From Planctomycetota bacterium (GTDB lineage Bacteria > Planctomycetota > UBA8742 > UBA2392): 64,000 bases of DNA. The position numbers and the translations under genes were made by a program. Within the stretch, counting starts at the first letter, position 1; each line of letters begins with the position of its first letter. The notes under the pieces were generated by a model. It did not search any database, was not told the origin of the DNA, and saw only the letters and a list, made by a program, of their open reading frames with translations. Positions 29,762 to 38,516 of this stretch are shown in pieces. The stretch lies in NCBI GenBank assembly GCA_019912315.1, contig JAIOJA010000057.1, forward strand, positions 54,351 to 118,350, written 5' to 3'.

Positions 29762-30559
29762 ATGCAGGAAACCGCCGCATCTTCCGACAGAACCAGCGCG
29801 CACAACGGATCGAGCGCCGTGCGACTGTCCGTCGTCATCCCCGCCTACAACGAAAGCACCCGCCTGCCGGCCTTTCTGGATTCGGTGCTGGCATGGTGCG
29901 GCAGGCACGAACCCAGCTTTGAAGTCATCGTGGTGGATGACGGCAGCAGTGATGGCACCGTCACTGTCGCCCGGCAGCGGGACGTGCGCGTGATCTCCCA
30001 TGAACGCAACGCCGGCAAAGGCGCGGCCGTTCGCACCGGCATGCTGGCGGCACGGGGCGAGTTGCGACTGTTCGCGGATGCCGACGGTGCAACGGCTATG
30101 GAAGAGTTGCCGTCGCTGCTGGCAGCGGATGCAGACATCGCCATCGGCAGCCGTGAAGGGCGCGACAAGCGGGTCGACGCCAGCGCGCTGCGGCGCTTTC
30201 TCGGACGCTGGTTCAACCGGGCCGTGCGGATGGGCGCGATAAAAGGGATCCGGGACACGCAGTGCGGCTTTAAACTGTTCCGACCGGCGGCGCACGGTTT
30301 GTTCGAGATCGCCCAGGAGGATGGCTTTGCGTTCGATGTTGAGTTGCTGCTGCTTGCGCAGAACAAGGGGCTGAGCATCAAGGAAGTCTTCGTGAACTGG
30401 ACCGAAATGCCCGGCAGCAAAGTCAGCCTGATGCGCGACGGCATCAAGATGCTCAAGGCAGTCAGGCGCATCAAGAAGCGCTGGAAGACAGGCGCCTACG
30501 AAAGCGCCATGATGCGGGTAACGCCAAGCAATGAGCTGGCGGGGAGCGTCGACAGTTGA
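29762..30559 (+). CDS. glycosyltransferase family 2 (soluble, DPM1/GtrB-like catalytic domain)
   Basis: SVVIPAYNE, DDGSSDGT and the DXD motif FADADGAT. 265 aa, no C-terminal TM helices. Confidence 0.8.
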   Translation: MQETAASSDRTSAHNGSSAVRLSVVIPAYNESTRLPAFLDSVLAWCGRHEPSFEVIVVDDGSSDGTVTVARQRDVRVISHERNAGKGAAVRTGMLAARGELRLFADADGATAMEELPSLLAADADIAIGSREGRDKRVDASALRRFLGRWFNRAVRMGAIKGIRDTQCGFKLFRPAAHGLFEIAQEDGFAFDVELLLLAQNKGLSIKEVFVNWTEMPGSKVSLMRDGIKMLKAVRRIKKRWKTGAYESAMMRVTPSNELAGSVDS

Positions 30560-30604
30560 AGGTCAATGGTCGAAAACGCCAAGCCACTTTCGACCGTCAA
30601 CCTT
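30559..30604 (+). promoter_or_regulatory. imperfect 17-bp inverted repeat (hairpin) between the GT2 and methyltransferase genes, containing TCAATGG
   Basis: aaggtcaatggtcgaaa ... tttcgaccgtcaacctt. Overlaps the GT2 stop codon and precedes the methyltransferase ATG at 30624. Confidence 0.45.
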
Positions 30605-30623
30605 TGACCTTAAACCCGTTCTC

Positions 30624-31346
30624 ATGGAAGCAGCCGAATACGATCGCATGGCCAACGTCGAGGAACGCCACTGGTGGTTCCGGGCGCGGCTTGCGGTGGT
30701 GCGCACCTTTTTGAAACGCTACGTCCCGCCGGGTGTCGGGCTGGATTGCAGTTGCGGCACCGGCATGACCCTGAAGTCGCTGCCGCAATGGGTGCAGATC
30801 GGCGCTGACCTGAACGGGTCAGCCCTGAAGCATTCACGCGCGCGGGGCTTGTCACGCCTGCTGCAGGGCGATCTGCGCAAGCTGCCGTTCGCGAACGATT
30901 CACTGGATGTGGTGACCTCGCTGGACACGCTGGAACACATTGAAGAAGACGAGCAGGCCCTGGCTGAAATCCACCGCGTGCTCAAACCCGGCGGCTACGG
31001 GCTGTTCACGGTGCCCGCGCACCCCTGGATGTTCGGCCCGCATGATCGGGCGCTGCACCACGTGCGCAGGTACCGGCGCGGCGAGTTCCGGCAGAAGGTG
31101 TCAACGGCCGGGTTTCACATACGCAAATACCGCTACATCAACACGGCACTGTTCCCACTGGTGGCGGGCGTGCGCCTGGTCAGTCGCGGCGGCGGCGAAG
31201 CAAGGTCGGACACGGAGAAGCTGCCGGCCGGGCCCCTCAACTTCGCGCTATATGCGGCGTTCGCCAGCGAGCGCCTGCTATTGCCGTGGCTTCCCAGTCC
31301 GTGGGGCATCAGCCTGCTATGCCTTGCGCGTAAATTATTGCGGTAG
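30624..31346 (+). CDS. class I SAM-dependent methyltransferase
   Basis: SAM-binding motif LDCSCGTGM, acidic motif VVTSLDTLEHIEEDE, LKPGGYGLF. ATG 30624 preferred over the upstream in-frame ATG 30531, which would overlap the GT2 gene and the hairpin. Confidence 0.75.
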   Translation: MEAAEYDRMANVEERHWWFRARLAVVRTFLKRYVPPGVGLDCSCGTGMTLKSLPQWVQIGADLNGSALKHSRARGLSRLLQGDLRKLPFANDSLDVVTSLDTLEHIEEDEQALAEIHRVLKPGGYGLFTVPAHPWMFGPHDRALHHVRRYRRGEFRQKVSTAGFHIRKYRYINTALFPLVAGVRLVSRGGGEARSDTEKLPAGPLNFALYAAFASERLLLPWLPSPWGISLLCLARKLLR

Positions 31347-31478
31347 CAGCGCTTACAGAGAGGCTCCGAATTCCCGAATTGGCCCTGAACAAAGTTATTC
31401 GGCATTCGTTCGTAAGCAGACACTGGGCGATTTAGACTTAGGGTGCGTATTGCACTCTGTTGGCCATTTGGAGAGACC

Positions 31479-32678
31479 ATGGCCCCATGCCGCATTCGCG
31501 CGGTTTTATGCACCGCCGTAACGCTGTTGCTGTTGTTCACGGTCGCGATCCCAACCGCGCTGGCCCAGGATGACGACGACTTCATCAAAGAACTCCGCAA
31601 AAAGAAGGAGCGCGAAAAGGCTATCGCCGAAGGGCGTGACCCGGACGCCGAACCCGAAAAGGCGCCGCCCGCCAAACCCAAACTGCCCCCCACCGCCTCG
31701 GGCTGGGTCAGCACCATCCAGCGTAAATGGGACAGCGACAAGGAGACCGACCAGCAACTCGTGCGCGAGGCCATCGACAAGCTCAAAGAAGCCATCGACA
31801 CGGAGGCGGAGCTTAAGAAGGACGTAATCGAGGATTTTCAGGGCTTCAAGGAAGGCGAGGCCGAGAAGTATATCGCAGACGCGATCCGCAAGTCCGGCGT
31901 AAGCGTTGACAGTCTGCGCGCGGTACTGGACGAACATCGCCCGAACGCCCTCAAGGCCATCATGAATCCGAGCTACACCGAGGCCGACGATTGCAGGCTT
32001 CAACCGGAAGTGGACAAGGCCTGCGAGCCCCTTTTCAAAGTGTGGCGCGACCCTGTGGCATATGCAGTTGAGAAGCACGATCTGAACCTGGCCACGCCGG
32101 GCGCGAAGCTTGAAGGGCTTGCAAGCCTGCTGGGCGAGCTCAGTGATGAACTTGCGAACTGGCCCGACGACTGCGCCGACGCCGCGTCACTGATGCGCGC
32201 GCGCGGTGCCGCTCTTCTGAACGTAAAGGAGAAGGAGTACAAATCCAACGCGGGCGTACTTGAGGCGAACGAGAAGGTTGAAGGCGCCACGTTGACCGAC
32301 GAGGACAAGAGCCACGTCCGGGTGCTGAACGACTACCGCATGATGCTTGGCAAGGGCGCGCTTACAATCAACGCCACACTCAGCAAAGCGTGCTTTGAAC
32401 ACAGTAAGTACATGAACCAGATCAAGCAGCTTGCGCACAACATCAACGGGCATCCCTACGGTCGCACGCCGCAGGATCGTGCGCGCCGGGCCGGCTTCGG
32501 TGGCTCGGTCGCGGAGAACTGCCTGGTCGGTGCCGAAACGGGCGATCAGGCGGTCTGGCAGTGGTACAACGCCGCGGAACACCATCGCAACATGATCGGG
32601 AATCACTCGATCATCGGTATTGGACACGACGGAAGTTACTGGACACAGAATTTCTCGGGCGGCGGCAGGGGGCGCTAG
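31479..32678 (+). CDS. secreted protein with C-terminal CAP/SCP-like domain, Lys/Glu-rich N-terminal half
   Basis: Signal peptide MAPCRIRAVLCTAVTLLLLFTVAIPTALA. The C-terminus ...AVWQWYNAAEHHRNMIG..IGHDGSYWTQNF resembles the CAP-domain HYTQVVW block. The ORF track begins at GTG 31443. Confidence 0.5.
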   Translation: MAPCRIRAVLCTAVTLLLLFTVAIPTALAQDDDDFIKELRKKKEREKAIAEGRDPDAEPEKAPPAKPKLPPTASGWVSTIQRKWDSDKETDQQLVREAIDKLKEAIDTEAELKKDVIEDFQGFKEGEAEKYIADAIRKSGVSVDSLRAVLDEHRPNALKAIMNPSYTEADDCRLQPEVDKACEPLFKVWRDPVAYAVEKHDLNLATPGAKLEGLASLLGELSDELANWPDDCADAASLMRARGAALLNVKEKEYKSNAGVLEANEKVEGATLTDEDKSHVRVLNDYRMMLGKGALTINATLSKACFEHSKYMNQIKQLAHNINGHPYGRTPQDRARRAGFGGSVAENCLVGAETGDQAVWQWYNAAEHHRNMIGNHSIIGIGHDGSYWTQNFSGGGRGR

Positions 32679-32760
32679 CCTGAGCGTCAGGCGGCTTCGG
32701 GAGGAAGCCGGAAACTGCTGGGCAGTCGGGTGCGGACCCGGGGCAAAGATCGAGGCAAGC

Positions 32761-34404
32761 ATGAAACGACTCAGAAGGACACAGACCGTCATGGCGGCTC
32801 TGGTTGTGATTGGCGCGCTAAGCGTATCCACGACAACCGTGCAGGGCGGACCCGCCGAGGACGCGGTCCGGATCGCCGGCAAGAAGATCACGGACAACAA
32901 TCCCGACGTGCGCGCACAGGCAGTAGAGGACCTGGCCCGCGCCAACAACAAAGACGGCACCAAGCTGATGATGCAGTGCCTGGCGGGCGAGAACGACGGC
33001 CCGGCCGGATGGCGCATGGCGGAAGCGGTGCGCATGTTGTCTTCCGAAGAAGCGCTGGAGGAAGTGGAAAAGAACGTTCTGAAGTGGAACAGCCCGGAAA
33101 CCCTGTTCGGTGCTTACTGGACATTCCTGGGGCTGTCCGGCGGCGGCACCGAGCGCGGCAATCAGATCCTGCGCAAGGCCATCACGGAATCGAAGGACAA
33201 AGATATCTACATTCGGAGTGCCGCCATCGAGGCCATGGCCGGCACCGAACGTCACGATATGGCGGACATGCTGCTGCAAGTCCTGAAGACCTATCAGCCC
33301 GACTGGGACGAAGATGCGCCCATCATCGCGCTGACCTGCATCCAGGGCGCGCCGAAAATGGTGACTACCAGCGACACTGCCATGCGCGACAATGTTGTGC
33401 TGGCACTGGCCGACGTGCTGGAAAAAACCAAAGACGACCGCATTCAGTGGTTTACCTGCAAGGCGCTCGCCAGCATCACCGGCGAGGACACCTACATCGA
33501 CGCCGAGTTCTGGCGCTGGTGGGTGCAGATGGGCGGCAAGAAGGTGGAACGCCGCGACGAAGGCGCGACTGTGGCCGGGCGCGACGTGCCCAAGTTTTTC
33601 AAGGCCGCGGCGGTCGGCAAGCGCGTGGTGTTCGTGATCGACATCAGCGGCTCGATGCAACACCCGGTCGAGTTGCCGCCGGAGATGAAGAACCCGCCCA
33701 AGGAGGAGCCGAAAGACGAGCCGAAGGGCCCCGTCACCGGCGGCGGCAAGAAAGACGAACAGGACCCGGAGAAAGAACCGCCCCCGCCGCCTGACTACAG
33801 CAAGGTGAAGACCAAGCTGGACCTGGCGAAGGTGGAACTGATCTACACGCTTGAGAACCTGCCTGAGGATTACTGGTTCAACATCGTCATTTACCACACG
33901 CCACACAGCATGATCGACAACGCCAACGACGAGTTCGTGCAGGCGACCGACGCCAATAAGAAACGATTCATCAAGAAGGTCGAAGAGTTGAACTGGGTCA
34001 ACCTCACGAACATCCACGGCGCCCTGACGCGCGGCTTCTGCGTGAACAAGAAGGACACCATCGACCCCATGAAGATCGGCAAGCGCGCCAACAACCCGGC
34101 CTGGGACCCGGAATGCCTCAAGACCGGCGGCACGACCATGTTCTTCCTGACGGACGGCTCGCCGACGATCAGCGACGACAGCACGGACATCGGGCAGGTT
34201 GGGCGTCCCGGCGGACCCATGGTCGGCAACGGACGCTTCTGCCAGGGGCAGAACATCGTTGACGACGTGCGCCGACTGAACGTGTTCCGCAAAATGGTGA
34301 TCAACACCGTCGGCATCGGCCCGCACGACGGGCGCCTGCTGGAGGCGCTGGCGCGCATGTCCGGCGGCGAATACGTCGATCGCTCCGGCGTTGCCCCGCG
34401 CTAG
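32761..34404 (+). CDS. secreted HEAT-repeat protein with C-terminal von Willebrand factor A-like domain
   Basis: Signal peptide after ATG 32761. HEAT/PBS-lyase-like repeats (NPDVRAQAVEDLAR..). vWA-like VVFVIDISGSMQ and later TGGTTMFFLTDGSPT. Confidence 0.6.
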   Translation: MKRLRRTQTVMAALVVIGALSVSTTTVQGGPAEDAVRIAGKKITDNNPDVRAQAVEDLARANNKDGTKLMMQCLAGENDGPAGWRMAEAVRMLSSEEALEEVEKNVLKWNSPETLFGAYWTFLGLSGGGTERGNQILRKAITESKDKDIYIRSAAIEAMAGTERHDMADMLLQVLKTYQPDWDEDAPIIALTCIQGAPKMVTTSDTAMRDNVVLALADVLEKTKDDRIQWFTCKALASITGEDTYIDAEFWRWWVQMGGKKVERRDEGATVAGRDVPKFFKAAAVGKRVVFVIDISGSMQHPVELPPEMKNPPKEEPKDEPKGPVTGGGKKDEQDPEKEPPPPPDYSKVKTKLDLAKVELIYTLENLPEDYWFNIVIYHTPHSMIDNANDEFVQATDANKKRFIKKVEELNWVNLTNIHGALTRGFCVNKKDTIDPMKIGKRANNPAWDPECLKTGGTTMFFLTDGSPTISDDSTDIGQVGRPGGPMVGNGRFCQGQNIVDDVRRLNVFRKMVINTVGIGPHDGRLLEALARMSGGEYVDRSGVAPR

Positions 34405-34415
34405 AAGGCAACACA

Positions 34416-34455
34416 CAAGAACAAGGCCCCCGCAAACGCGGGGGCCTTGTTCTTG
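34416..34455. terminator. 18-bp perfect hairpin between convergent genes (bidirectional terminator)
   Basis: caagaacaaggcccccgc aaac gcgggggccttgttcttg. Lies between the vWA gene stop (34404) and the TPR gene stop (34473). Confidence 0.7.
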
Positions 34456-34472
34456 GCAATCCGATCAGTGCG

Positions 34473-35888
34473 TTACGAAAACGGCTCAATCCCTGCTGCG
34501 GCGCAAGCTTCTCGCAACTCGGCGGTTTTTGACTCGATCGCCGCGTCGTCTCCTAAAACGCGCAATGACTCGACCCCGGAAGCCCAGGCGGACCTTGCCG
34601 CGACTTCTTGCTTTCTTCCCACCCGAATCAGCGCCAGGTTGCAGCTTGCGAGAGCTTCGGCCCTGGTGTTGCGGACTGCTCGATAAACGCCTAGCGCTTG
34701 CTCCACAGCGCGTTCGGATGCTTCCATATCTCCAGAAGCTTCATGGACCAGCGCCAGCCGCTCGAGTGCCTTGGCTTCACCCAGTCGATTGCCCACTTCG
34801 CGCAGGATTTGCAGCGCCCGCCCAAACGTCTCTTCGGCCAGTTTCATATCGCCGGTGACGCGGTAATAGTTCGCAAAGTTGGACAACACGGTACCCATGA
34901 ATCTCCGGTCGCCGGCTTCTCGGTGAATTGCCAACGCCCTGGCGTACAGTTCTGCGGCCTGGTCGATTCGGTCGGTTCGCTCGTAGACCACTGCAAGAAT
35001 CCCTAGTGTGGATCCTTCGCCACCGAGGTTTCCAACTTCCCGGTGCAGGGCCAGCGCCTGATCGCAATACTCCTCCGATCGGGTCAGTTTCCCGGCTTCC
35101 CGGTACAACAATCCCAGGTTCGTCAGGGCGATGGCCTCGCTGCGCTTGTCATCGACAGCCCGGTGGATCGCTACCGCTTCCTGGTAGATTTTTTCCGACA
35201 GCTCAGCCTTGCCGGTTACCTGGTAGATCGACGCCAGGTTGGCGAGTGCGATTCCTTCTCCTCGGTGATCTCCGGTTTCTCGCAGTACAACCACGGCATC
35301 CTCGTGCAGCCTGATGGACTCATCAAGTCGTCCCGTCATTCGATACAGGGTCGCCAAGTCGCATAAAGCCTTGCCTTCAAACAGTCGTTGTCCCGCGTCT
35401 CTGCTGCGGGCAAGGGAAGTCTGAAGCAGCGCCGCCCCTCGTTTTGAGTCGCCCGTAACCCGCGCCGACACACCTGCACGGCGCAGGGCTTCCGCTCCGT
35501 TTGATTCATCCAGCAGCGCGGCCAGCGCTTCCCAGGCGTCAGCACTCTGATGAAACTGGAAGTGTACCTCCGCGTACTCCGCCGACCGGCGCAGGTATCG
35601 TATCCGCAACTCGGCAAGGTCGGATTTCTCCGCTTGAGGCGTGTGTGTCAGTGCGAGATTCGCGTGCCGGTAGAGCTCCAACGCGACGCTGTCGGTAGGG
35701 TGAATCTTCAGCTTAGGTTGAACCACTTCACTGAGGGGTGCGAGGGCCGGTGCCCGTCCACCGAAAGCCTGTTCGATCAGATAGAAGGCGAGTTCATGCA
35801 ACTTCGCTCGATCACGCGGAAGCTGCAACTCGTACGCGGCATCACGCACAACAGCATGGCGGAATAAGTAGACGGTCTCGGCGTCCAT
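34473..35888 (-). CDS. tetratricopeptide-repeat protein
   Basis: Multiple TPR_12-like units (...ALANLASIYQVTGKAELSEKIYQEAVAIHR...). 471 aa. Confidence 0.75.
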   Translation of the reverse strand: MDAETVYLFRHAVVRDAAYELQLPRDRAKLHELAFYLIEQAFGGRAPALAPLSEVVQPKLKIHPTDSVALELYRHANLALTHTPQAEKSDLAELRIRYLRRSAEYAEVHFQFHQSADAWEALAALLDESNGAEALRRAGVSARVTGDSKRGAALLQTSLARSRDAGQRLFEGKALCDLATLYRMTGRLDESIRLHEDAVVVLRETGDHRGEGIALANLASIYQVTGKAELSEKIYQEAVAIHRAVDDKRSEAIALTNLGLLYREAGKLTRSEEYCDQALALHREVGNLGGEGSTLGILAVVYERTDRIDQAAELYARALAIHREAGDRRFMGTVLSNFANYYRVTGDMKLAEETFGRALQILREVGNRLGEAKALERLALVHEASGDMEASERAVEQALGVYRAVRNTRAEALASCNLALIRVGRKQEVAARSAWASGVESLRVLGDDAAIESKTAELREACAAAGIEPFS

Positions 35889-35990
35889 GGAATGATTCTA
35901 TCGGTTCAGGGGGGGAGTATCTGCCGCACAAGCCAAGCATTCGGAAAACCCCCACCGACAAGATACAATGGCAATTGAGGAGGAGATGCC

Positions 35991-37532
35991 ATGAGGAAGC
36001 TTGCCATTTCGATGGCGGCGGCGCTTGCCATTCTGCTGCTTGCTGTCCCCCGTGAGGCCGGGGCGATTGAGAAGTTCAACATTGATCCCGAAAAGAAGCT
36101 CGCCAAGAAACTCGAGGACACGGGCGACGTGTGCTTCGAGTGCGGCGACATCGCGAAGGGCAAAGGGCTGTACCGCCTGGCGCGCTCCTACTTCAGCCAC
36201 GCGCTTGAGTTCGACATCGACCACAAGAAAACCCGCAAGGTCATGGGTTTCGAGCGCAAGAAGGGCAAGTGGGTCCTTGAAGAGGACATGGTCCCGCCCA
36301 AGGACATCATCAACGAAAACAAACGGGCCGAACTTGAGGAAAAGCTGCGCGTCGAAACTCTGGAACTGCGCCGCAAGGCCGCGGAGGACCTGTGGGCTTT
36401 CGTCGCGAACGATGAGATCGCGGTCAACCAGCGCATGCTCGCCCTGTACCACGTGATCCGCCTGTACCCTGAAGGGCGCGAAGCGCAGAAGGCCGCCAGG
36501 TCCAGTCCCGATTACATGTGGTACAAGCACCAGCTCGACGACGAGTCGGATACCAACCGCATCAAGTGGATTGCGCGCGCGCCCAAGGGCGAAGTCATTG
36601 AGGAAAACACGCCGTACGAAAAGGCCAGCGGTCTTGCCATGAAGAAGCGCAAGACCGACTGGATCGTTTTTCACGCTGATGTAGCTGACAAAAGCGCCGA
36701 GTGGGCCGAAACGCTGATCCAGTTCACCGAGGCCAGCCGCGACCATGCCTTTGAGATTCTCGGCGTTGACAAGCCCGCCGCGCCCAAGGAAGACGCCCAG
36801 CGCCTGCACTACACGGTGATTCGCGACCGTGAACGCTTCGCCAAGTTCGTTGAAAACTGCAGCGGCATCACGGATCCAACTCACCGCAAGGAAGCCGCCA
36901 CAATCAGTCACGGGACGCCCACCTACAACCCCTACGGCGCCGTGTGGCTGTACCCCAGCCTTGAAAACGACTACGGCGTGCGCGACGGCATCGCCCACGA
37001 TGTCGCAAGCAAGGAGATTTTCCGCCTGTGCGGCCCCGATGGCGCCTACTGGCTGGCGCGCGGGCTGGGATACATCAACAGCACGCACATGAACGGCTCA
37101 ACTTCAAGCATCTTCTATGGCGTAAAGATGACGGGTGTGCTCGATACCGGCGGCGCCGAGGCCCTGCCCGGCTTCGGCAACAGCAGCGCGGGCTGGCGCG
37201 TGCAGGTGGGCATGGAGCTGGTTGGAGGCACGGAAATCAAACTCAGCCACCTGGTCAAATTGCGCGTCGGCGATTACAGCCAGCGCGAAATGGCCCACGC
37301 GTTCTGCTACACGGACTACCTGCTGCATGAGCACAAGGACAAGCTGAACGAGTTTCTGCAGGCCTGCTACGAGGAGCGCGCGCGCCGCTACAACGCCAAG
37401 GAAGACGCGGAAACAGCCGCTGACATTCTGCAACGCCTCTGGGAAACGCTCGTCCTGACCGAAGACCAGTTCATGGAAAAGTTTCGCGTCTGGGCGCAGA
37501 CCACCTACTTCGAGTTGCCGTCAGGGGAATAG
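35991..37532 (+). CDS. secreted hypothetical protein (513 aa)
   Basis: Strong RBS GAGGAGGAG. Signal peptide MRKLAISMAAALAILLLAVPREAGA. CFECGD motif. No confident domain call. Confidence 0.6.
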   Translation: MRKLAISMAAALAILLLAVPREAGAIEKFNIDPEKKLAKKLEDTGDVCFECGDIAKGKGLYRLARSYFSHALEFDIDHKKTRKVMGFERKKGKWVLEEDMVPPKDIINENKRAELEEKLRVETLELRRKAAEDLWAFVANDEIAVNQRMLALYHVIRLYPEGREAQKAARSSPDYMWYKHQLDDESDTNRIKWIARAPKGEVIEENTPYEKASGLAMKKRKTDWIVFHADVADKSAEWAETLIQFTEASRDHAFEILGVDKPAAPKEDAQRLHYTVIRDRERFAKFVENCSGITDPTHRKEAATISHGTPTYNPYGAVWLYPSLENDYGVRDGIAHDVASKEIFRLCGPDGAYWLARGLGYINSTHMNGSTSSIFYGVKMTGVLDTGGAEALPGFGNSSAGWRVQVGMELVGGTEIKLSHLVKLRVGDYSQREMAHAFCYTDYLLHEHKDKLNEFLQACYEERARRYNAKEDAETAADILQRLWETLVLTEDQFMEKFRVWAQTTYFELPSGE

Positions 37533-37535
37533 GAA

Positions 37536-38021
37536 TCAGCTACGAACGCCTTTGCCCCAGCAGGTAGCGCACAGCCCGTAGATCTTCTGGCTGTGATGGG
37601 TCGGATGGAAGCCGTGATTCACGGCCACCTTGTCCTGCAGCGCTTCCATCGCCTCGTTGTAGAACTCCAGGATGCTGCCGCAGCTGGTACAGATCAAATG
37701 GTCGTGATGAGGGCGCCCTTCGGACAGCTCGTACACCTTGTGGCTGTCGCCGAACTGGTGCTCTTCCAGAATCCCCGGCTCAACCAGCACACTCAACGTC
37801 CGATAGACCGTCGCCTTGCTGACCCGCGGGCGCTCGTCGCGGAATTCGTCCACCAGATCGTCGGCAGTGAAGTGGGTCTTGTCCATCTCGAGGATTTTTT
37901 CGAGGATTTTGCGCCGCTGGCTGGTCAGCTTCAGCGACTTCCTCTGCAGGTAGTCCTCGAACTTGTCGAGCAGCTTGTCGAGGTCCATGTTGGGGTTCTT
38001 GCGGATGGATGAACGCGCCAT
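37536..38021 (-). CDS. fur: Fur-family transcriptional regulator
   Basis: HHDHLICTSCGSILEF metal-binding motif. N-terminal winged-helix region. 161 aa. Confidence 0.85.
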   Translation of the reverse strand: MARSSIRKNPNMDLDKLLDKFEDYLQRKSLKLTSQRRKILEKILEMDKTHFTADDLVDEFRDERPRVSKATVYRTLSVLVEPGILEEHQFGDSHKVYELSEGRPHHDHLICTSCGSILEFYNEAMEALQDKVAVNHGFHPTHHSQKIYGLCATCWGKGVRS

Positions 38022-38035
38022 GGAGTCTTTCTGTG

Positions 38036-38410
38036 CTATTCGTCCGTCTGGTCGCGAGCGTCGGCCTGCATGGCCTCATCAATGAGCTTAGAGACCTCGG
38101 CACCCTTTGCAATCGAATCGTCGAAGATGAAGTTGAGTTGCGGGCTGACACGGATATCCAACCCCTTGGCGACCGTCTTCTGGATAAAGCCGCGCGCACT
38201 TTCAATCAGGCGTGCGGCCGTGCGCCGGTCGGATTCGCTGCCGAGGATGGACCAGTACACGCGGGCGTATGAAAGGTCCTTGCTGACGGCGACGCGGGTA
38301 ATGGATATAAGACCCTTCAGACGGGGGTCTTTGAGTTCTGACAGGAACAGCCCGGCAATATCTTGCCTTAAGCGGCTCTGAATTCGTTCAATACGTCGTG
38401 GATCAGCCAT
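38036..38410 (-). CDS. rbfA: ribosome-binding factor A
   Basis: RIERIQSRLRQDIAGLF...ISITRVAVSKDLSYARVYWS matches RbfA. 124 aa. Confidence 0.85.
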   Translation of the reverse strand: MADPRRIERIQSRLRQDIAGLFLSELKDPRLKGLISITRVAVSKDLSYARVYWSILGSESDRRTAARLIESARGFIQKTVAKGLDIRVSPQLNFIFDDSIAKGAEVSKLIDEAMQADARDQTDE

Positions 38411-38516
38411 AAACCCCTGACAGGCGAACCGCCAAAAAGGCGGCCCCTAACCGGTTGCAAAAAAGGCACAGGGACAGCAAACCATACCGCAGCCCCCGCG
38501 CCAGAGGTAGCAGACT

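Noticed and set aside
30531-30623. Upstream in-frame ATG (30531) for the methyltransferase gene
   Set aside because: It would overlap the GT2 gene by 29 nt and translate the hairpin region into a non-conserved 31-aa leader. The ATG at 30624 gives a typical methyltransferase N-terminus.
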